A stretch of DNA of 64,000 nt from Vicinamibacteria bacterium. GTDB taxonomy: Bacteria; Acidobacteriota; Vicinamibacteria; Marinacidobacterales; Marinacidobacteraceae. Position 1 is the first letter of the stretch. The number at the start of each line of letters is the position of its first letter. Positions 1 through 9,701 of this stretch are shown in pieces. The DNA is taken from positions 2,208,001-2,272,000 of the forward strand of contig OY729431.1 of the NCBI GenBank assembly GCA_963422395.1, written 5' to 3'. The position numbers and the translations under genes are program-made. The notes below the pieces were generated by a model. The model searched no databases. It was not told the origin of the DNA and saw nothing but the letters and a program-made list of their open reading frames with translations.

Positions 1-2820
1 TGCCTCGTTTTCGGCGTTGCCGCCAGCCTCCATCGCGGCTTCGAGCCGGGCGGCCGCCATGCGCGCCTCGCCGAGAGCATCCCGCGCCGCGAGCGCCAGC
101 GCCACCTGCTCCCGGATCTGTTCCGCAGTGACCCAACCTTCACGAACCACCCGCGGGTCCATCCGCAGACGGAAATCCCGAACCTGGGTGACGCCCCCTG
201 CGGTCAGCTCGACGGTGTATCGGCCCGGCGCAGCGAGCACCCCGCGCCCGGAGACCTGGCCCTCGCCGTCGAGGGCGCCCTCGTGGCGCATGTCCCAGGA
301 GAATCGATGAACGCCGGCGCTCGTCGGCACCGCGGGGCTCCCGCTGGTACGGAAACCGGGCGCGCGCATCCCCTGGGTCCGCTCGCTCGCGGCGCCGGGT
401 CCGGCGCTCTGGAAACTCTTCACCAGCGCACCCTGCTCGTCGCGCACTTCGAGCCGTGCTTCTTCCACATCCTCGGGCAAACTCCAGGTGAAGCGGGGGC
501 CGGGGGTGGGGTACTCGGGGTCGGCAGGCCCGCGAGCGCTGAAGGGGGAGCCGCTGAAGCGGAACCTCACCTCATCCCGGGGATCGAAGAGATACATCCC
601 CTCGGCCGGCGGTGTCTCGTGAAGCGGGGAAATATCGTCGAGGATCCAAAAACCCCTACCCATCGTGGAGAGGACGAGATCCTTTCCGATGACCTTGATG
701 TCGGTGATCGGCGTTACCGGGAGGTTTTGCTGGAAGGAAGTCCAGCTCGCACCGTCGTCGAAGGAAAGGAACATCCCCCATTCCGTCCCCAGGTAGAGCA
801 GCCCTTCGCGATCCGGATCCTCGCGAACGACACGCACCGGATGGTCGTTCGGGACGCCGTTCGAGCCGTCGGTGATTCGGGTCCAGGTCTCGCCGTAATC
901 GTTGGTGCGGTAGGCATGCGGGGTGAAGTCGCCGAGTTGGTATCGAAGGATCGCCGCATACGCCCGGGACGGTCGATGGGGAGAAACCTCGATGTTCTGG
1001 ACGCGGCCGTAAGGGCCGATTCCCGGCGGAGTGACTTCTTTCCAGGTGTGTCCGCCGTCGCGAGTCACATGGATGGGTCCGTCGTTCGCACCGGCCCAGA
1101 TCACTCCTTCTTCATGAGGGGATTCCTGGACATCGTAGAGCACTGCGAAGTGCTCTTCGCCGGTCACATCCAGAGTGATCGGATCTCCGGAAACCACCTG
1201 CGTTTCGGGAGTGAATGCCGTCAGGTCGGGGGAAATCGTGCGCCAGGTGCGCCCACCGTTCTCCGTTACATGGACATACTGGGATGCGTGATAGACGCGC
1301 GTCGGATCATGCGGCGACACATGGATGGGAACCGTCCGCTGAAAACGGTAACGAAGATCTTTCGGATTGTGCCCGTAGATGTTCCAGAAGCCGACATAGT
1401 ACTGCTCTTCCTGCCCGGTGCGCCGGTTGTAGAGTCCGAAACGGCCCTTGCAGTTCGCATACACGACATCCGGGTCCCCTGGTTTCGGAACTGCCGGTCC
1501 GGTTTCGCAACCGCCGATCGCTTCCCAGTGCGCAGTGTGGCCGCCCGGACGGTAGTGCGTGGGATAACTGGGAACCGAGATCGTGGAGTTGTCCTGCTGT
1601 CCCGCGTAGAGCCGATACGGAAAGTCGTCGCTCACATCCACCTGATATAGCTCCGCGGTCGGCTGGTTCTCCTGCGTGGACCAGGTTTCGCCGCCGTCGA
1701 TGGTGATGTTCGCGCCCCCGTCGTTGGACTGGATCTGGATGTCGGGGTCGTTCGGATCGACCCAGAGGTCGTGGTTGTCGCCGTGGGGAGTGAACTTCCG
1801 CTCCCAGGTTACGCCGCCGTCGGTGGACTCGAAGTACCCCTCGGCCATTCCCCAGAGCGTGTCGGCATCCGTCGGGTGGGCGTGGAGATTCGTGTAGTAG
1901 AAGGGCCGGTTGCGGATCGGCTGAAAGTCGCTCACCTGCCGCCAGCTGTCTCCTTCGTCGTCCGAGCGGTACACCCCGCCCTCGCTGCCCGGCGCCTCGA
2001 TGAGTACATAGACCCGTGACGGATCAGCAGCAGAAACCGCGAGGTCCGACTTGCCGCGAAGGCCCTGCGGCAGACCGTTTTCGAGCTTCTCCCAGGTATC
2101 GCCGCCGTCTCTCGACCGCTGCACGCCGCCTTCCATCCCGCCGGAGCGGATGGTCCAGGGCTTCCTCTCCGCTTCCCACATCGAGGCGTAGATGGTGTTC
2201 GGGTCCCCGGGCCGAAACTCGAGATCGGTCGCACCCGTCCGTTCGGAGACGAAGAGCACCAGCTCCCAGCTTTCGCCGCCGTCCCGCGTCCGATAGACGC
2301 CGCGTTCCGGATTCGCCGCGAAGGGGTTACCGATCGCCGCGACCCAGGCGGTATCGGGGTCCTCCGGATGGATGAGGACAGCGCCGGTGTTGCCCGTGTT
2401 CTCGAGACCGATACCGCGCCAGGTCTCTCCCGCGTCGTCCGAGCGGTAGGCCCCCTTCCCGAGGATCACATTGCTCCTGAGACCATCGGATCCCGTGGTC
2501 ACATAGACGATATTCGGATCGCTCTCGGCGACCGCGATGGCGCCGATCGAGGGACTGCGGAAGACGCCGTCGGAGATCGGGCGCCAGTTGTGGCCGTAAT
2601 CGGTGGTCTTCCAGACCCCGCCGCCGGTTGCGCCCATATAGAAGGTGCCGGGATGCGCTCGGTGCCCGGCCACCGCGGTGACCCGGCCGCCTCGGGAGGG
2701 ACCGACCGTGCGGTAGCGCATGGCAGCCAGCAGATCGGGGTCCGGCTGGGCGAAGAGCGGCGCCGCGGCCAGCACCGCGGGGAACACCGCGAACGGAAAG
2801 GAGAACGAACGCTTGCGCAT
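1..2820 (-). CDS. Secreted BNR/Asp-box repeat (VPS10/sortilin-like beta-propeller) glycosyl hydrolase-like protein, partial (3' end runs off the window)
   Basis: Read manually from ATG at 2820: MRKRSFSFPFAVFPAVLAAAPLFAQPDPDLLAAMRYRTVGPSRGGRVTAVAG...FYMGATGGGVWKTTDYGHNW, with repeated S/TxDxGxxW Asp-boxes. Probably missing from the ORF track because it has no stop inside the window. Confidence 0.85.
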   Translation of the reverse strand, partial: MRKRSFSFPFAVFPAVLAAAPLFAQPDPDLLAAMRYRTVGPSRGGRVTAVAGHRAHPGTFYMGATGGGVWKTTDYGHNWRPISDGVFRSPSIGAIAVAESDPNIVYVTTGSDGLRSNVILGKGAYRSDDAGETWRGIGLENTGNTGAVLIHPEDPDTAWVAAIGNPFAANPERGVYRTRDGGESWELVLFVSERTGATDLEFRPGDPNTIYASMWEAERKPWTIRSGGMEGGVQRSRDGGDTWEKLENGLPQGLRGKSDLAVSAADPSRVYVLIEAPGSEGGVYRSDDEGDSWRQVSDFQPIRNRPFYYTNLHAHPTDADTLWGMAEGYFESTDGGVTWERKFTPHGDNHDLWVDPNDPDIQIQSNDGGANITIDGGETWSTQENQPTAELYQVDVSDDFPYRLYAGQQDNSTISVPSYPTHYRPGGHTAHWEAIGGCETGPAVPKPGDPDVVYANCKGRFGLYNRRTGQEEQYYVGFWNIYGHNPKDLRYRFQRTVPIHVSPHDPTRVYHASQYVHVTENGGRTWRTISPDLTAFTPETQVVSGDPITLDVTGEEHFAVLYDVQESPHEEGVIWAGANDGPIHVTRDGGHTWKEVTPPGIGPYGRVQNIEVSPHRPSRAYAAILRYQLGDFTPHAYRTNDYGETWTRITDGSNGVPNDHPVRVVREDPDREGLLYLGTEWGMFLSFDDGASWTSFQQNLPVTPITDIKVIGKDLVLSTMGRGFWILDDISPLHETPPAEGMYLFDPRDEVRFRFSGSPFSARGPADPEYPTPGPRFTWSLPEDVEEARLEVRDEQGALVKSFQSAGPGAASERTQGMRAPGFRTSGSPAVPTSAGVHRFSWDMRHEGALDGEGQVSGRGVLAAPGRYTVELTAGGVTQVRDFRLRMDPRVVREGWVTAEQIREQVALALAARDALGEARMAAARLEAAMEAGGNAENEA

Positions 2821-2923
2821 CGGAATGATGCCTCCGAAAATTTTCAGGACCGGACCCAGAACCCGGTGAGAGCCCGAGGGGGCCCGGCCGCCTCGAAACC
2901 GCCTATCGCGGAAGCGGGCGATT

Positions 2924-3574
2924 CTATCGGCGGGATCGCGGAGAACGGCTCCTGCCGGCTCCCCGGGGTGCGAAGGGTGGCCCCTCCTTTCCTCCCGCCG
3001 GCCCTCCCCGAGCCGGTGCGCGGCCCGGAAGCGGCAGAGCATCGGCGGCGCGAGGCGGAAGCGCGGGCCGTCCCGCACGCACCGGCCCGGAAGCGGATTC
3101 CGACCCGGCGGCCGAAAGGCCGGGAGCTCGCCGACGGGGAGTGCCGCCCCTCTCCGCACGCTGGCCCGAGCCTCTCTCGAAGTGCCGACGGCGGGCAGCC
3201 GAGAGTGGCGATCGCGAGGCCTCGGCAGCGAGGATGCCCACCAGGACATCGGGCCGACGGGGCCGCGGTTCGAAGAGCGCGGCGCCCCCCTCGAACCACG
3301 GCTGCCGGTTCGGGGCGAGAGGCAGAAGCGCGAAACGGGCAGCACCGCGCGAGGCGACCTCGAGCAGCTCCTGTTTCTCGCGCTCCCAGCCGACCCGGAA
3401 GTCCAGGTGATCCTCGTCGAGGTCGGCCACCGTGATCGCGAGAACCGACGCTGCTGCCCCCCCAGGCTCCTGCGCTCCGATGCTGCCGGCGAGCGCGACC
3501 GGGGACACGAGCAAGAACCCGATCAGCAATTCGCCAGCGAGGACGATCGCTCCTCGGGATGCCGAGCTCCGCAT
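2924..3574 (-). CDS. Hypothetical protein with signal-peptide-like N-terminus
   Basis: C-terminal part of ORF 2924..5569; MRSSASRGAIVLAGELLIGFLLVSPVALAGSIGAQE looks like a signal peptide. The C-terminus is low-complexity, so the gene may be degenerate. Confidence 0.35.
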   Translation of the reverse strand: MRSSASRGAIVLAGELLIGFLLVSPVALAGSIGAQEPGGAAASVLAITVADLDEDHLDFRVGWEREKQELLEVASRGAARFALLPLAPNRQPWFEGGAALFEPRPRRPDVLVGILAAEASRSPLSAARRRHFERGSGQRAERGGTPRRRAPGLSAAGSESASGPVRAGRPALPPRAADALPLPGRAPARGGPAGGKEGPPFAPRGAGRSRSPRSRR

Positions 3575-3739
3575 TCCCGAACCGCGTGCCGCCGAACTGT
3601 GCATCACCTCAGCAGGCAAGCAAGCGATATGCCCGAAAGCGGCTCCCGCTGTCCTTCGACGCCGCGCCTTCCCGCCCTTCCCTTCCGAACCCTCGGGCTT
3701 GGTACCCTGCCCGCTCCCGAAAAGAGAGGCTCGACCACC

Positions 3740-4777
3740 ATGCAGCACCGGATTTCGATCCCGCCGCCGAAGGCGGTTCTGGAGCGCGCAGCGGCGATGG
3801 CCGCACTGCTGCTGGGTGCGCTGTTCGCCGCGCCCGCCGCGTTCGCCCAGACCGGCAGCGAACCCCTTCTGGAAGAGGAGTGGAGGCGCCTCGAACCCCT
3901 CTCGGGAGGACGACTCGGACTGGCCGCCGTCCATCTCGAGACCGGGCGCACCGCATACCTCCACCCGGACGAGCGGTTTCCCATGGCCAGCACCTACAAG
4001 GTGCCGATCGCGGTGGAGCTCCTCCGCCGGGTGGACGAGGGAGAGTTCGGCCTCGACCGGATGGTGGACATCGAGCCTTCCGATCTTTCCCCGGGCAGCG
4101 GGGTGATCAGCCGGTTGCTGGACGACCCCGGCGTTTCGCTCTCGATCCGCAACCTGCTCGAGCTGATGCTGCTCGTCAGCGACAACTCCGCGACCGACAT
4201 CTGCCTGCGGACCGCCGGGGGCAGCGAGCGAGTCACCGAGCGGATGGCCGAGCTGGGGGTCGAGGGAATCCAGGTGGGGCGCTCCACCGCCGACCTGATC
4301 ACCAACTATGTCGGGGCCGAAAATCTGCCGCCGCGCGGCGAGCGGGTCCGCGCCACCTACACGGAGCACTACGAGCAGGTTCCCGACGAAGACCGGGAGC
4401 GGGCCCGCGCCGCCTTCGAAGCTGACCGCCGCGATACCGCCACTCCTCGGGGAATGGCCGAACTGCTGGTCCGCATCTGGAAGGGCGAGGGTCTTGCGGC
4501 GGAAAGCCGCGGCCTGTTGCTCGACATCATGGAGCGCTGCGAGACCGGTGCCGGCCGGCTCAAGGGAAGGCTGCCCCAGGGGACGGTAGTGGCCCACAAG
4601 ACCGGAACCATCGGACGCACCACGAACGATGTGGGGATCATCACGCTTCCGTCGGGAGCGGGCCATCTGGTGGTGGCTGCCTTCGTCGAGGAATCGGACG
4701 AACCGGTGCCGGTCCGGGAAAAAGCCATCGCCGAGGCGGCGCGCGCCGCGCACGACTACTTCCTCTTCGTGCGCTGA
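3740..4777 (+). CDS. Class A beta-lactamase-like serine hydrolase (atypical omega loop)
   Basis: Signal peptide; motifs FPMASTYK (SxxK), SDN, DTATP and HKTG; ATG at 3740 preceded by AGAGG. Confidence 0.85.
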   Translation: MQHRISIPPPKAVLERAAAMAALLLGALFAAPAAFAQTGSEPLLEEEWRRLEPLSGGRLGLAAVHLETGRTAYLHPDERFPMASTYKVPIAVELLRRVDEGEFGLDRMVDIEPSDLSPGSGVISRLLDDPGVSLSIRNLLELMLLVSDNSATDICLRTAGGSERVTERMAELGVEGIQVGRSTADLITNYVGAENLPPRGERVRATYTEHYEQVPDEDRERARAAFEADRRDTATPRGMAELLVRIWKGEGLAAESRGLLLDIMERCETGAGRLKGRLPQGTVVAHKTGTIGRTTNDVGIITLPSGAGHLVVAAFVEESDEPVPVREKAIAEAARAAHDYFLFVR

Positions 4778-4836
4778 AACTTCGAGGATCCGATCGAGGA
4801 GCCCGCTTCGGAAGAGCGCCCGGCGGCCTGGAGGCC

Positions 4837-5541
4837 TCAGCGCTCCTTCTTCGCTTCGAGCTTGCGTTCGAGTTCCCGGAGGCGGTCTTCCGCCTCGGCG
4901 AGCCGCTCGGCGAGAGCGCTGAAATCGAATTCGCTCATCCGTTCGCGGGCTTCCTCGAAGGCGCGCTGCATCGCCTCCCGCGCTTCCTCGCCTGCGGCCA
5001 GAGCGCGGGGCAGTTCGGCCTCCAGCACCTGGAGTCCCTCGAGGTCCGGAAGATCGAAGTCGCCGGCGAACCAGGCGCCCCGCTCGCGCTCGGCGAGCGT
5101 CGCAGTCAGGGTCAGCGGTGCTCCGGAGCGGATGACCTCGATCCCCACCGACTCTTCCGGATCGAGCCGCGCCACGGCCCGCGCCAATTCTCGGGCGTGG
5201 TCCACCGCCTCTCCGCCGATCCGGAGGATCACATCGCCCACCTCGAATCCGGCGGCCGCCGCCGGACTGTCCTCCACGACCCGGGAGACCAGCACTCCGG
5301 CATCCGCGGGCGCGCCGTAGAATTCGCGCAGCTCTTCGGTGATGTTCACCAGCTGGACTCCGAGATAGCCCCGGCCGGACCAGCGCACCACCACTCGCGG
5401 TTTCGCCGGCGAAAGCGATGCGCGCACCCGGACCTGCTCTTTCAGGACCGGCTCGACTCGGTGGTTCTGCGCGGCGGCGAACACCGGAACGGCGAGGGCC
5501 AGTACGGTGCAGTTCCTTACTCTGGTGGTGAGGGTCTTCAT
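4837..5541 (-). CDS. Secreted PDZ-domain protein with C-terminal coiled coil
   Basis: Signal peptide; GYLGVQL...GVLVSRVVEDSPAAAAGFEVGDVILRIGG PDZ signature. Confidence 0.85.
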   Translation of the reverse strand: MKTLTTRVRNCTVLALAVPVFAAAQNHRVEPVLKEQVRVRASLSPAKPRVVVRWSGRGYLGVQLVNITEELREFYGAPADAGVLVSRVVEDSPAAAAGFEVGDVILRIGGEAVDHARELARAVARLDPEESVGIEVIRSGAPLTLTATLAERERGAWFAGDFDLPDLEGLQVLEAELPRALAAGEEAREAMQRAFEEARERMSEFDFSALAERLAEAEDRLRELERKLEAKKER

Positions 5542-5579
5542 CGGAGTTCTCCTCGATACGGATCGTCAACTACGAATCG

Positions 5580-6101
5580 TCAACGGCGCTGGTCCGAGGC
5601 GGGGACCACCGCAGGGGTTCGTGATAGGGCCGGAGGGTTCAGGTAGCTCTGGACATCGAGGAACAGGTCCAGCTGGTCGGTTCCCCCGATTCGAATCAGC
5701 GGGCCGAACGGCGGTTCCCCGGAGAACCGCCGCATCGTCTCGATCTCCTCGGCGAGCAGCCGGTATTCCTCGAGAATCGCTTCGAACTCCTGCCGGGCCG
5801 GGTCGGAGAACTCCGGCCCCGATGCGGACGCCATCGAACGCCCACCGGGCGGCTCCTCTGCTCCCGACCGGGAAGACCCAATCGAAGAACCCGTCGAAGG
5901 CTCCATCCAGGGGCGGAAGAGCAGTCCGGAGGCGGCGAGTGCCGCCGCTGCCGCTCCGAGCAGCCAGGGTCGGAAGCGGCGGCGGTCGTGCTCGGACCGC
6001 ACCCGGGTCATGACGGCCTCGGCGAAGCCGGGCGGCGGCGCCGGAAGCGGGAGCTCCCGCAACATTCGGCGCAGCTCGCCGTCTTCGGGGCTCTCGGTCA
6101 T
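5580..6101 (-). CDS. Putative membrane-anchored anti-sigma factor
   Basis: ATG at 6101 overlaps the sigma factor stop (ATGA); LRRMLRELPLPAPPPGFAEAVM followed by one TM helix. Confidence 0.7.
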   Translation of the reverse strand: MTESPEDGELRRMLRELPLPAPPPGFAEAVMTRVRSEHDRRRFRPWLLGAAAAALAASGLLFRPWMEPSTGSSIGSSRSGAEEPPGGRSMASASGPEFSDPARQEFEAILEEYRLLAEEIETMRRFSGEPPFGPLIRIGGTDQLDLFLDVQSYLNPPALSRTPAVVPASDQRR

Positions 6102-6778
6102 CCGGGGACTCCTTCCAGGCAGGCCTTCTCGCCAGACCCGTCGGCAGCGGCGCTTTCGACGAGCGGGGCGAGAAGCCTCCGAAGGTGCTTCCTGCCCCGA
6201 TGGGCGCGGGACTTCACGGTTCCTTCCTCCACTCCTAGCATCTCGGCGATCTCCCGATAGGACCAGCCTTCGAGATCGCGCAGCAACACGGCTTCCCGGA
6301 ACACGAGCGGCACCCGGGGCAACGCGCGCCGGAGTGCTTCCCGAACCTCCGACCGCCATGCCGCCTCTTCGGGACGGCTCTCCGGACCGCGGCCCGGCAA
6401 CTCTCCGGTGTCCGCCGGCGCCGCATCGAGGGAAAGGTGGAGCGCGCGCTGATCCGATCGGCGAAAGCGGCTTCGAACCAGGTTCGCGGCGATCTGGAAC
6501 ACCCACGCTTCGAAGCGCCCGGACTCCCGATAGCGAGAGGCGGAACGGTAGATCCGGAGGAAGGTCTCCTGCGCCAGGTCGGCGGCGACCGCCGGGTCCT
6601 CGACGAGGCTTGCAAAGTAGCCGAAGAGGCGCTTCTCGTAGCGGCGCACGAGCGGCTCGAAGGCCTCGGGATTCCCCTTCCGGACCCGGGCCATCAGCGC
6701 CGCATCGGAAATCTCCGCGTTCGGCACCGCTTCGGCGGCAGGGAACGGAATCGCGGGACTCAGGGCGTCGGCGGCCAT
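6098..6778 (-). CDS. ECF sigma-70 family RNA polymerase sigma factor
   Basis: Region 2 ADLAQETFLRIY...FEAWVFQIAAN; region 4 REAVLLRDLEGWSYREIAEMLGVEEGTVKSRAHRGR. Confidence 0.92.
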   Translation of the reverse strand: MAADALSPAIPFPAAEAVPNAEISDAALMARVRKGNPEAFEPLVRRYEKRLFGYFASLVEDPAVAADLAQETFLRIYRSASRYRESGRFEAWVFQIAANLVRSRFRRSDQRALHLSLDAAPADTGELPGRGPESRPEEAAWRSEVREALRRALPRVPLVFREAVLLRDLEGWSYREIAEMLGVEEGTVKSRAHRGRKHLRRLLAPLVESAAADGSGEKACLEGVPG

Positions 6779-7074
6779 CGGCTCTGCGGGGAAAGAACGC
6801 CCGGGAGGGCTCTCCGTTCCCGAAGACCTCTTCCGCCTGTGGGCGCAGCGGGCCGCCGGTGCTCCCGCAGGCCCCGGCGGGCTCGCTCAGCAGCTCATTT
6901 CCGAAGCCGCCCGGCCACGGCATCCCGGTGGAACTCTCATCCGGAGAACGGACAGCCAGCTGTCTGCGCCGCAGAAAAGAACGACGCCCTTTTATGGATT
7001 AGGTCGATTCGTCGATCGACCACTACATGACAGTAGGGTCGATCGTGTCTGGAATCGTTCTGCGGCGCAGGCTG

Positions 7075-7668
7075 CTAAGGAGAACTGAGGCTGGTCTGGT
7101 AGGCGGTTCCGCCCCAGGCGAAGCGGAGCTGGCCGTCCTCGATCGTGATCTCGAAGACATCGCCAGCCTCGGCGCCGTCAGCCCGTTCGAGCGGGACCCG
7201 TGCCGCTTCCTGATCTTCGATCGCCGCATATCCCGAAAGCATCGGCCAGGGTTCGGCCCGCATCGCCTCGGGAGCGCGAGACGAGAGTTCGCCGAGCGGA
7301 ATGCCCAGGTGCCGGTTCACGAGCAGCGACCACGCGCCCGATTCCGGAATGTGGAGGTAGAGGCTGTACCGGCCCGCAGGAACGGAATGAGCACCGATCG
7401 TCAGCTCGGCCGAAGTCTCGAGCGTCGTCACCTGATTCTCGCCGGCCCTCCAGATGCGCTCCTCGGGAAGCATGTCGAGCAGATCGGAGAGCATTCGGTC
7501 GCCCAGGGCGGGGCGGCCGTAGTCGATCGCTACCGCCGCACCGCCGACCTCACCGCTCGCCGCGCCGCGCGGGTTGGGAGATTGGGAAGCCGCTTCGGCG
7601 GCCGGGAGAGCGAGCAAGAGAGCGGTCGAGAGGAATCGGGTCATCGAGCGAGAAAGATGGCGAGACAT
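7075..7668 (-). CDS. DUF2911-like secreted protein
   Basis: Signal peptide; IDYGRP...IWRAGEN..TTLETS..LTIG..VPAGRYSLY pattern. Confidence 0.75.
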   Translation of the reverse strand: MSRHLSRSMTRFLSTALLLALPAAEAASQSPNPRGAASGEVGGAAVAIDYGRPALGDRMLSDLLDMLPEERIWRAGENQVTTLETSAELTIGAHSVPAGRYSLYLHIPESGAWSLLVNRHLGIPLGELSSRAPEAMRAEPWPMLSGYAAIEDQEAARVPLERADGAEAGDVFEITIEDGQLRFAWGGTAYQTSLSSP

Positions 7669-7711
7669 CGGGCGGGAAACCTCCGTTTCGGAATATTCAG
7701 CGTGGGCGGCT

Positions 7712-8254
7712 TCAGGAGTAGAGCATCGCGTACACGACGAGACCGGTCAGCGACGCACAGAGCCATACCGGAACGGTAACCCGCGCCCAGCGGCGGTGGA
7801 AGGGAAACCGGCGGGCGGCAGCGAGCAGGGCGGTGGTGAGGACGAGCGGAAGAGCGGCCGCGGAAGCGAGGATGTGGGTGATCAGGGTGAAGAAATACAC
7901 CGGACGCAGGAGTCCGGTCCCGGGGTACGGCGTATCTCCCCGGTAATAGTGGTAGATCCCATACCCGGCCAGAAACCCGGCGCCGCAAACGAGAGCGGCG
8001 ATCAGCAAGCCCGCGTGCAGGCGGCGGCGGCCGGCGCGGATCGCGAGCACCCCGAGGCAAACGAGCGTGGCGGCGGCGGCATTGAAGGCGGCATTGAGCG
8101 ACGGGAGCCCCGCCGTCCACTCGGGAACCGAGGCCGCCGCAGGGCGGAAGTACAGCGAGTACAGGAGAAACGCGAACACCGCACCGCTGGCCAGGAAAGC
8201 GGCGCGTACGAGGCGGCGCACCTCGACCGGAAGAGGAACGGACTTCGCACTCAC
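7712..8254 (-). CDS. DUF420 family integral membrane protein
   Basis: LPSLNAAFNAAA...YFFTLITHILAS...HRRWARVTVPVWL pattern; several TM helices. Confidence 0.8.
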   Translation of the reverse strand: MSAKSVPLPVEVRRLVRAAFLASGAVFAFLLYSLYFRPAAASVPEWTAGLPSLNAAFNAAAATLVCLGVLAIRAGRRRLHAGLLIAALVCGAGFLAGYGIYHYYRGDTPYPGTGLLRPVYFFTLITHILASAAALPLVLTTALLAAARRFPFHRRWARVTVPVWLCASLTGLVVYAMLYS

Positions 8255-8258
8255 GACT

Positions 8259-8612
8259 TCACCTCCTGGGGAACAGATAGTTGGCGACGATGACGAAGAG
8301 CCCGAGAACCGAGGCCGTCGTCGCGCCGATCAGCGTGCTGAGAACGAGGTCGGAGAGCTGGAACGAGAAAACGGCGAACCCGGAAAACAGCACCATCGCA
8401 CCGATCACGGCCAGCCAGCAGGCGACGAGCCAGAACAGACGGTCGGCGTACTTCTTCCGTTCGCCGCGAGCCTGAAGGAGATCGGCGAGCTCCGCCTGAG
8501 CCTTCTGGTCCTCCAGGGACAGCTTCTCTTCGTCGTACAGATCGGCTGTTCCATCATCGCGATCCGAGGAGGGCGCGGCCGCCTGGACGCGGCCCAGGTC
8601 AGGTTCCGGCAC
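8259..8612 (-). CDS. Small two-TM membrane protein, putative toxin partner of the Panacea antitoxin
   Basis: GTG at 8612 overlaps the end of the upstream Panacea gene; acidic N-terminus then RKKYADRLFWLVACWL...LSDLVLSTLIGATTASVLGLFVIVANYLF. Confidence 0.6.
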   Translation of the reverse strand: MPEPDLGRVQAAAPSSDRDDGTADLYDEEKLSLEDQKAQAELADLLQARGERKKYADRLFWLVACWLAVIGAMVLFSGFAVFSFQLSDLVLSTLIGATTASVLGLFVIVANYLFPRR

Positions 8613-9150
8613 TCGTCCGGATCTTCTGCTCGAAGTGTTCGCGGATGATGCGGTTCGGAATCTCCAGGCGGCGCGCCCCCGGATTCCGGGTCCGGACCTC
8701 ATGCCACGGGCCGCCGGGCTCATGGCTGAGCTGCGACAGTTCCGGCCCCGACATCGGTCCATAGACCTCCCAGACGCGCCCGATGAGTTTCCTGGCGAAC
8801 GCTGCCTCGGGAGGGACGCGCGGCGTCGTCCGACAGAACTCGCCGCCTTCGTACTCCACGGCGATCAAGGGCTTCATGATCGGGCCGCTCCCCCAGACCT
8901 TCACCGCTCGGTAGAGCCCCGGGAAGACCGGGCCCCATCTCCAAGCCTGGACGCACTCGGCGCTCAAAGCGCCCCGCCCGTAACCGAGGTGCCAACCATG
9001 GCCGAAGTACACGAGCTTTTGGAGCTTCATCGGATCGGGCGCCTCTCCGTCCGACTTCGCGATATCCAGGAAGCTGTTGGCGACTGCTTCGGCCAAGTGC
9101 GGCAACTTTTCGACTCCTCCCGGTTCCGAGGGGCGATTCACGCTGCGCAT
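8599..9150 (-). CDS. Panacea domain (DUF4065/SocA-like) antitoxin
   Basis: VANSFL...PMKLQKLVYFGHGW...AWRWGPVFPGLY...LSQLSHEPGGPW...IPNRIIREHF matches the DUF4065 pattern. Confidence 0.85.
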   Translation of the reverse strand: MRSVNRPSEPGGVEKLPHLAEAVANSFLDIAKSDGEAPDPMKLQKLVYFGHGWHLGYGRGALSAECVQAWRWGPVFPGLYRAVKVWGSGPIMKPLIAVEYEGGEFCRTTPRVPPEAAFARKLIGRVWEVYGPMSGPELSQLSHEPGGPWHEVRTRNPGARRLEIPNRIIREHFEQKIRTSAGT

Positions 9151-9213
9151 CTTGACACACCAACCGCCCTCGGGCGCCGAAGGAGCCGGCCGCCCGACTG
9201 CCAGTGTCGGTCG

Positions 9214-9248
9214 TGCGAGTTACAGTATAGTATGTTCATATTATGAAA
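9214..9248 (+). promoter_or_regulatory. AT-rich promoter/operator of the arg operon (possible ArgR operator)
   Basis: TATAGT -10-like hexamer at 9226-9231 and palindrome TTCATA-T-TATGAA (9235-9247) overlapping the argR start codon, in an otherwise very GC-rich context. Confidence 0.45.
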
Positions 9249-9701
9249 TCATCGGGTTTCCGTTCGCGAGAGGCCGCCGGCCGGCGGGCCCTGGTGCTGA
9301 CGGCGCTCCGCGAGGGCCGGATCGGCACCCAGACCGAGCTCGCCGCCTGGCTCGGGACGCGGGGGCACGCGGTGACGCAGTCCTGCGTCAGCCACGACCT
9401 CCGGAAGATCGGCGCGCGGAAGATCGGCGGCCGTTACCGGATCGCACCGGAGCGGCCGTCCGATCTCGCAGGATTCGCCGGACTCATCGAACGCTTCGCT
9501 CCGGCGGGTCCGCACCTGGTGGTGGTCCGCACCCTCCCCGGCGCCGCGCAGCGCGTCGGCCACGCGATCGATACTGCCGAGTGGCCGGAAGCAGCCGGGT
9601 CGGTAGCCGGCGACGACACGATCTTCGTGGCGAGCGCCACCCCTTCCGGGCAACGCCGGATCCTCGAGCGGCTGAGCGGCGCCCTCGGAGCGGGGCGATG
9701 A
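9243..9701 (+). CDS. argR: Arginine repressor
   Basis: TQTELAAWL...VTQSCVSHDL winged HTH; RTLPGAAQ and GSVAGDDTIFV C-terminal motifs. Confidence 0.92.
   Translation: MKSSGFRSREAAGRRALVLTALREGRIGTQTELAAWLGTRGHAVTQSCVSHDLRKIGARKIGGRYRIAPERPSDLAGFAGLIERFAPAGPHLVVVRTLPGAAQRVGHAIDTAEWPEAAGSVAGDDTIFVASATPSGQRRILERLSGALGAGR

Noticed and set aside
283-1650. Long + strand ORF (455 aa) and many similar long ORFs (e.g. 10564-12981, 25462-28074, 40237-42603, 52308-55730)
   Set aside because: Antisense or alternate-frame shadows of recognisable genes; expected in high-GC DNA, and no motifs of their own.
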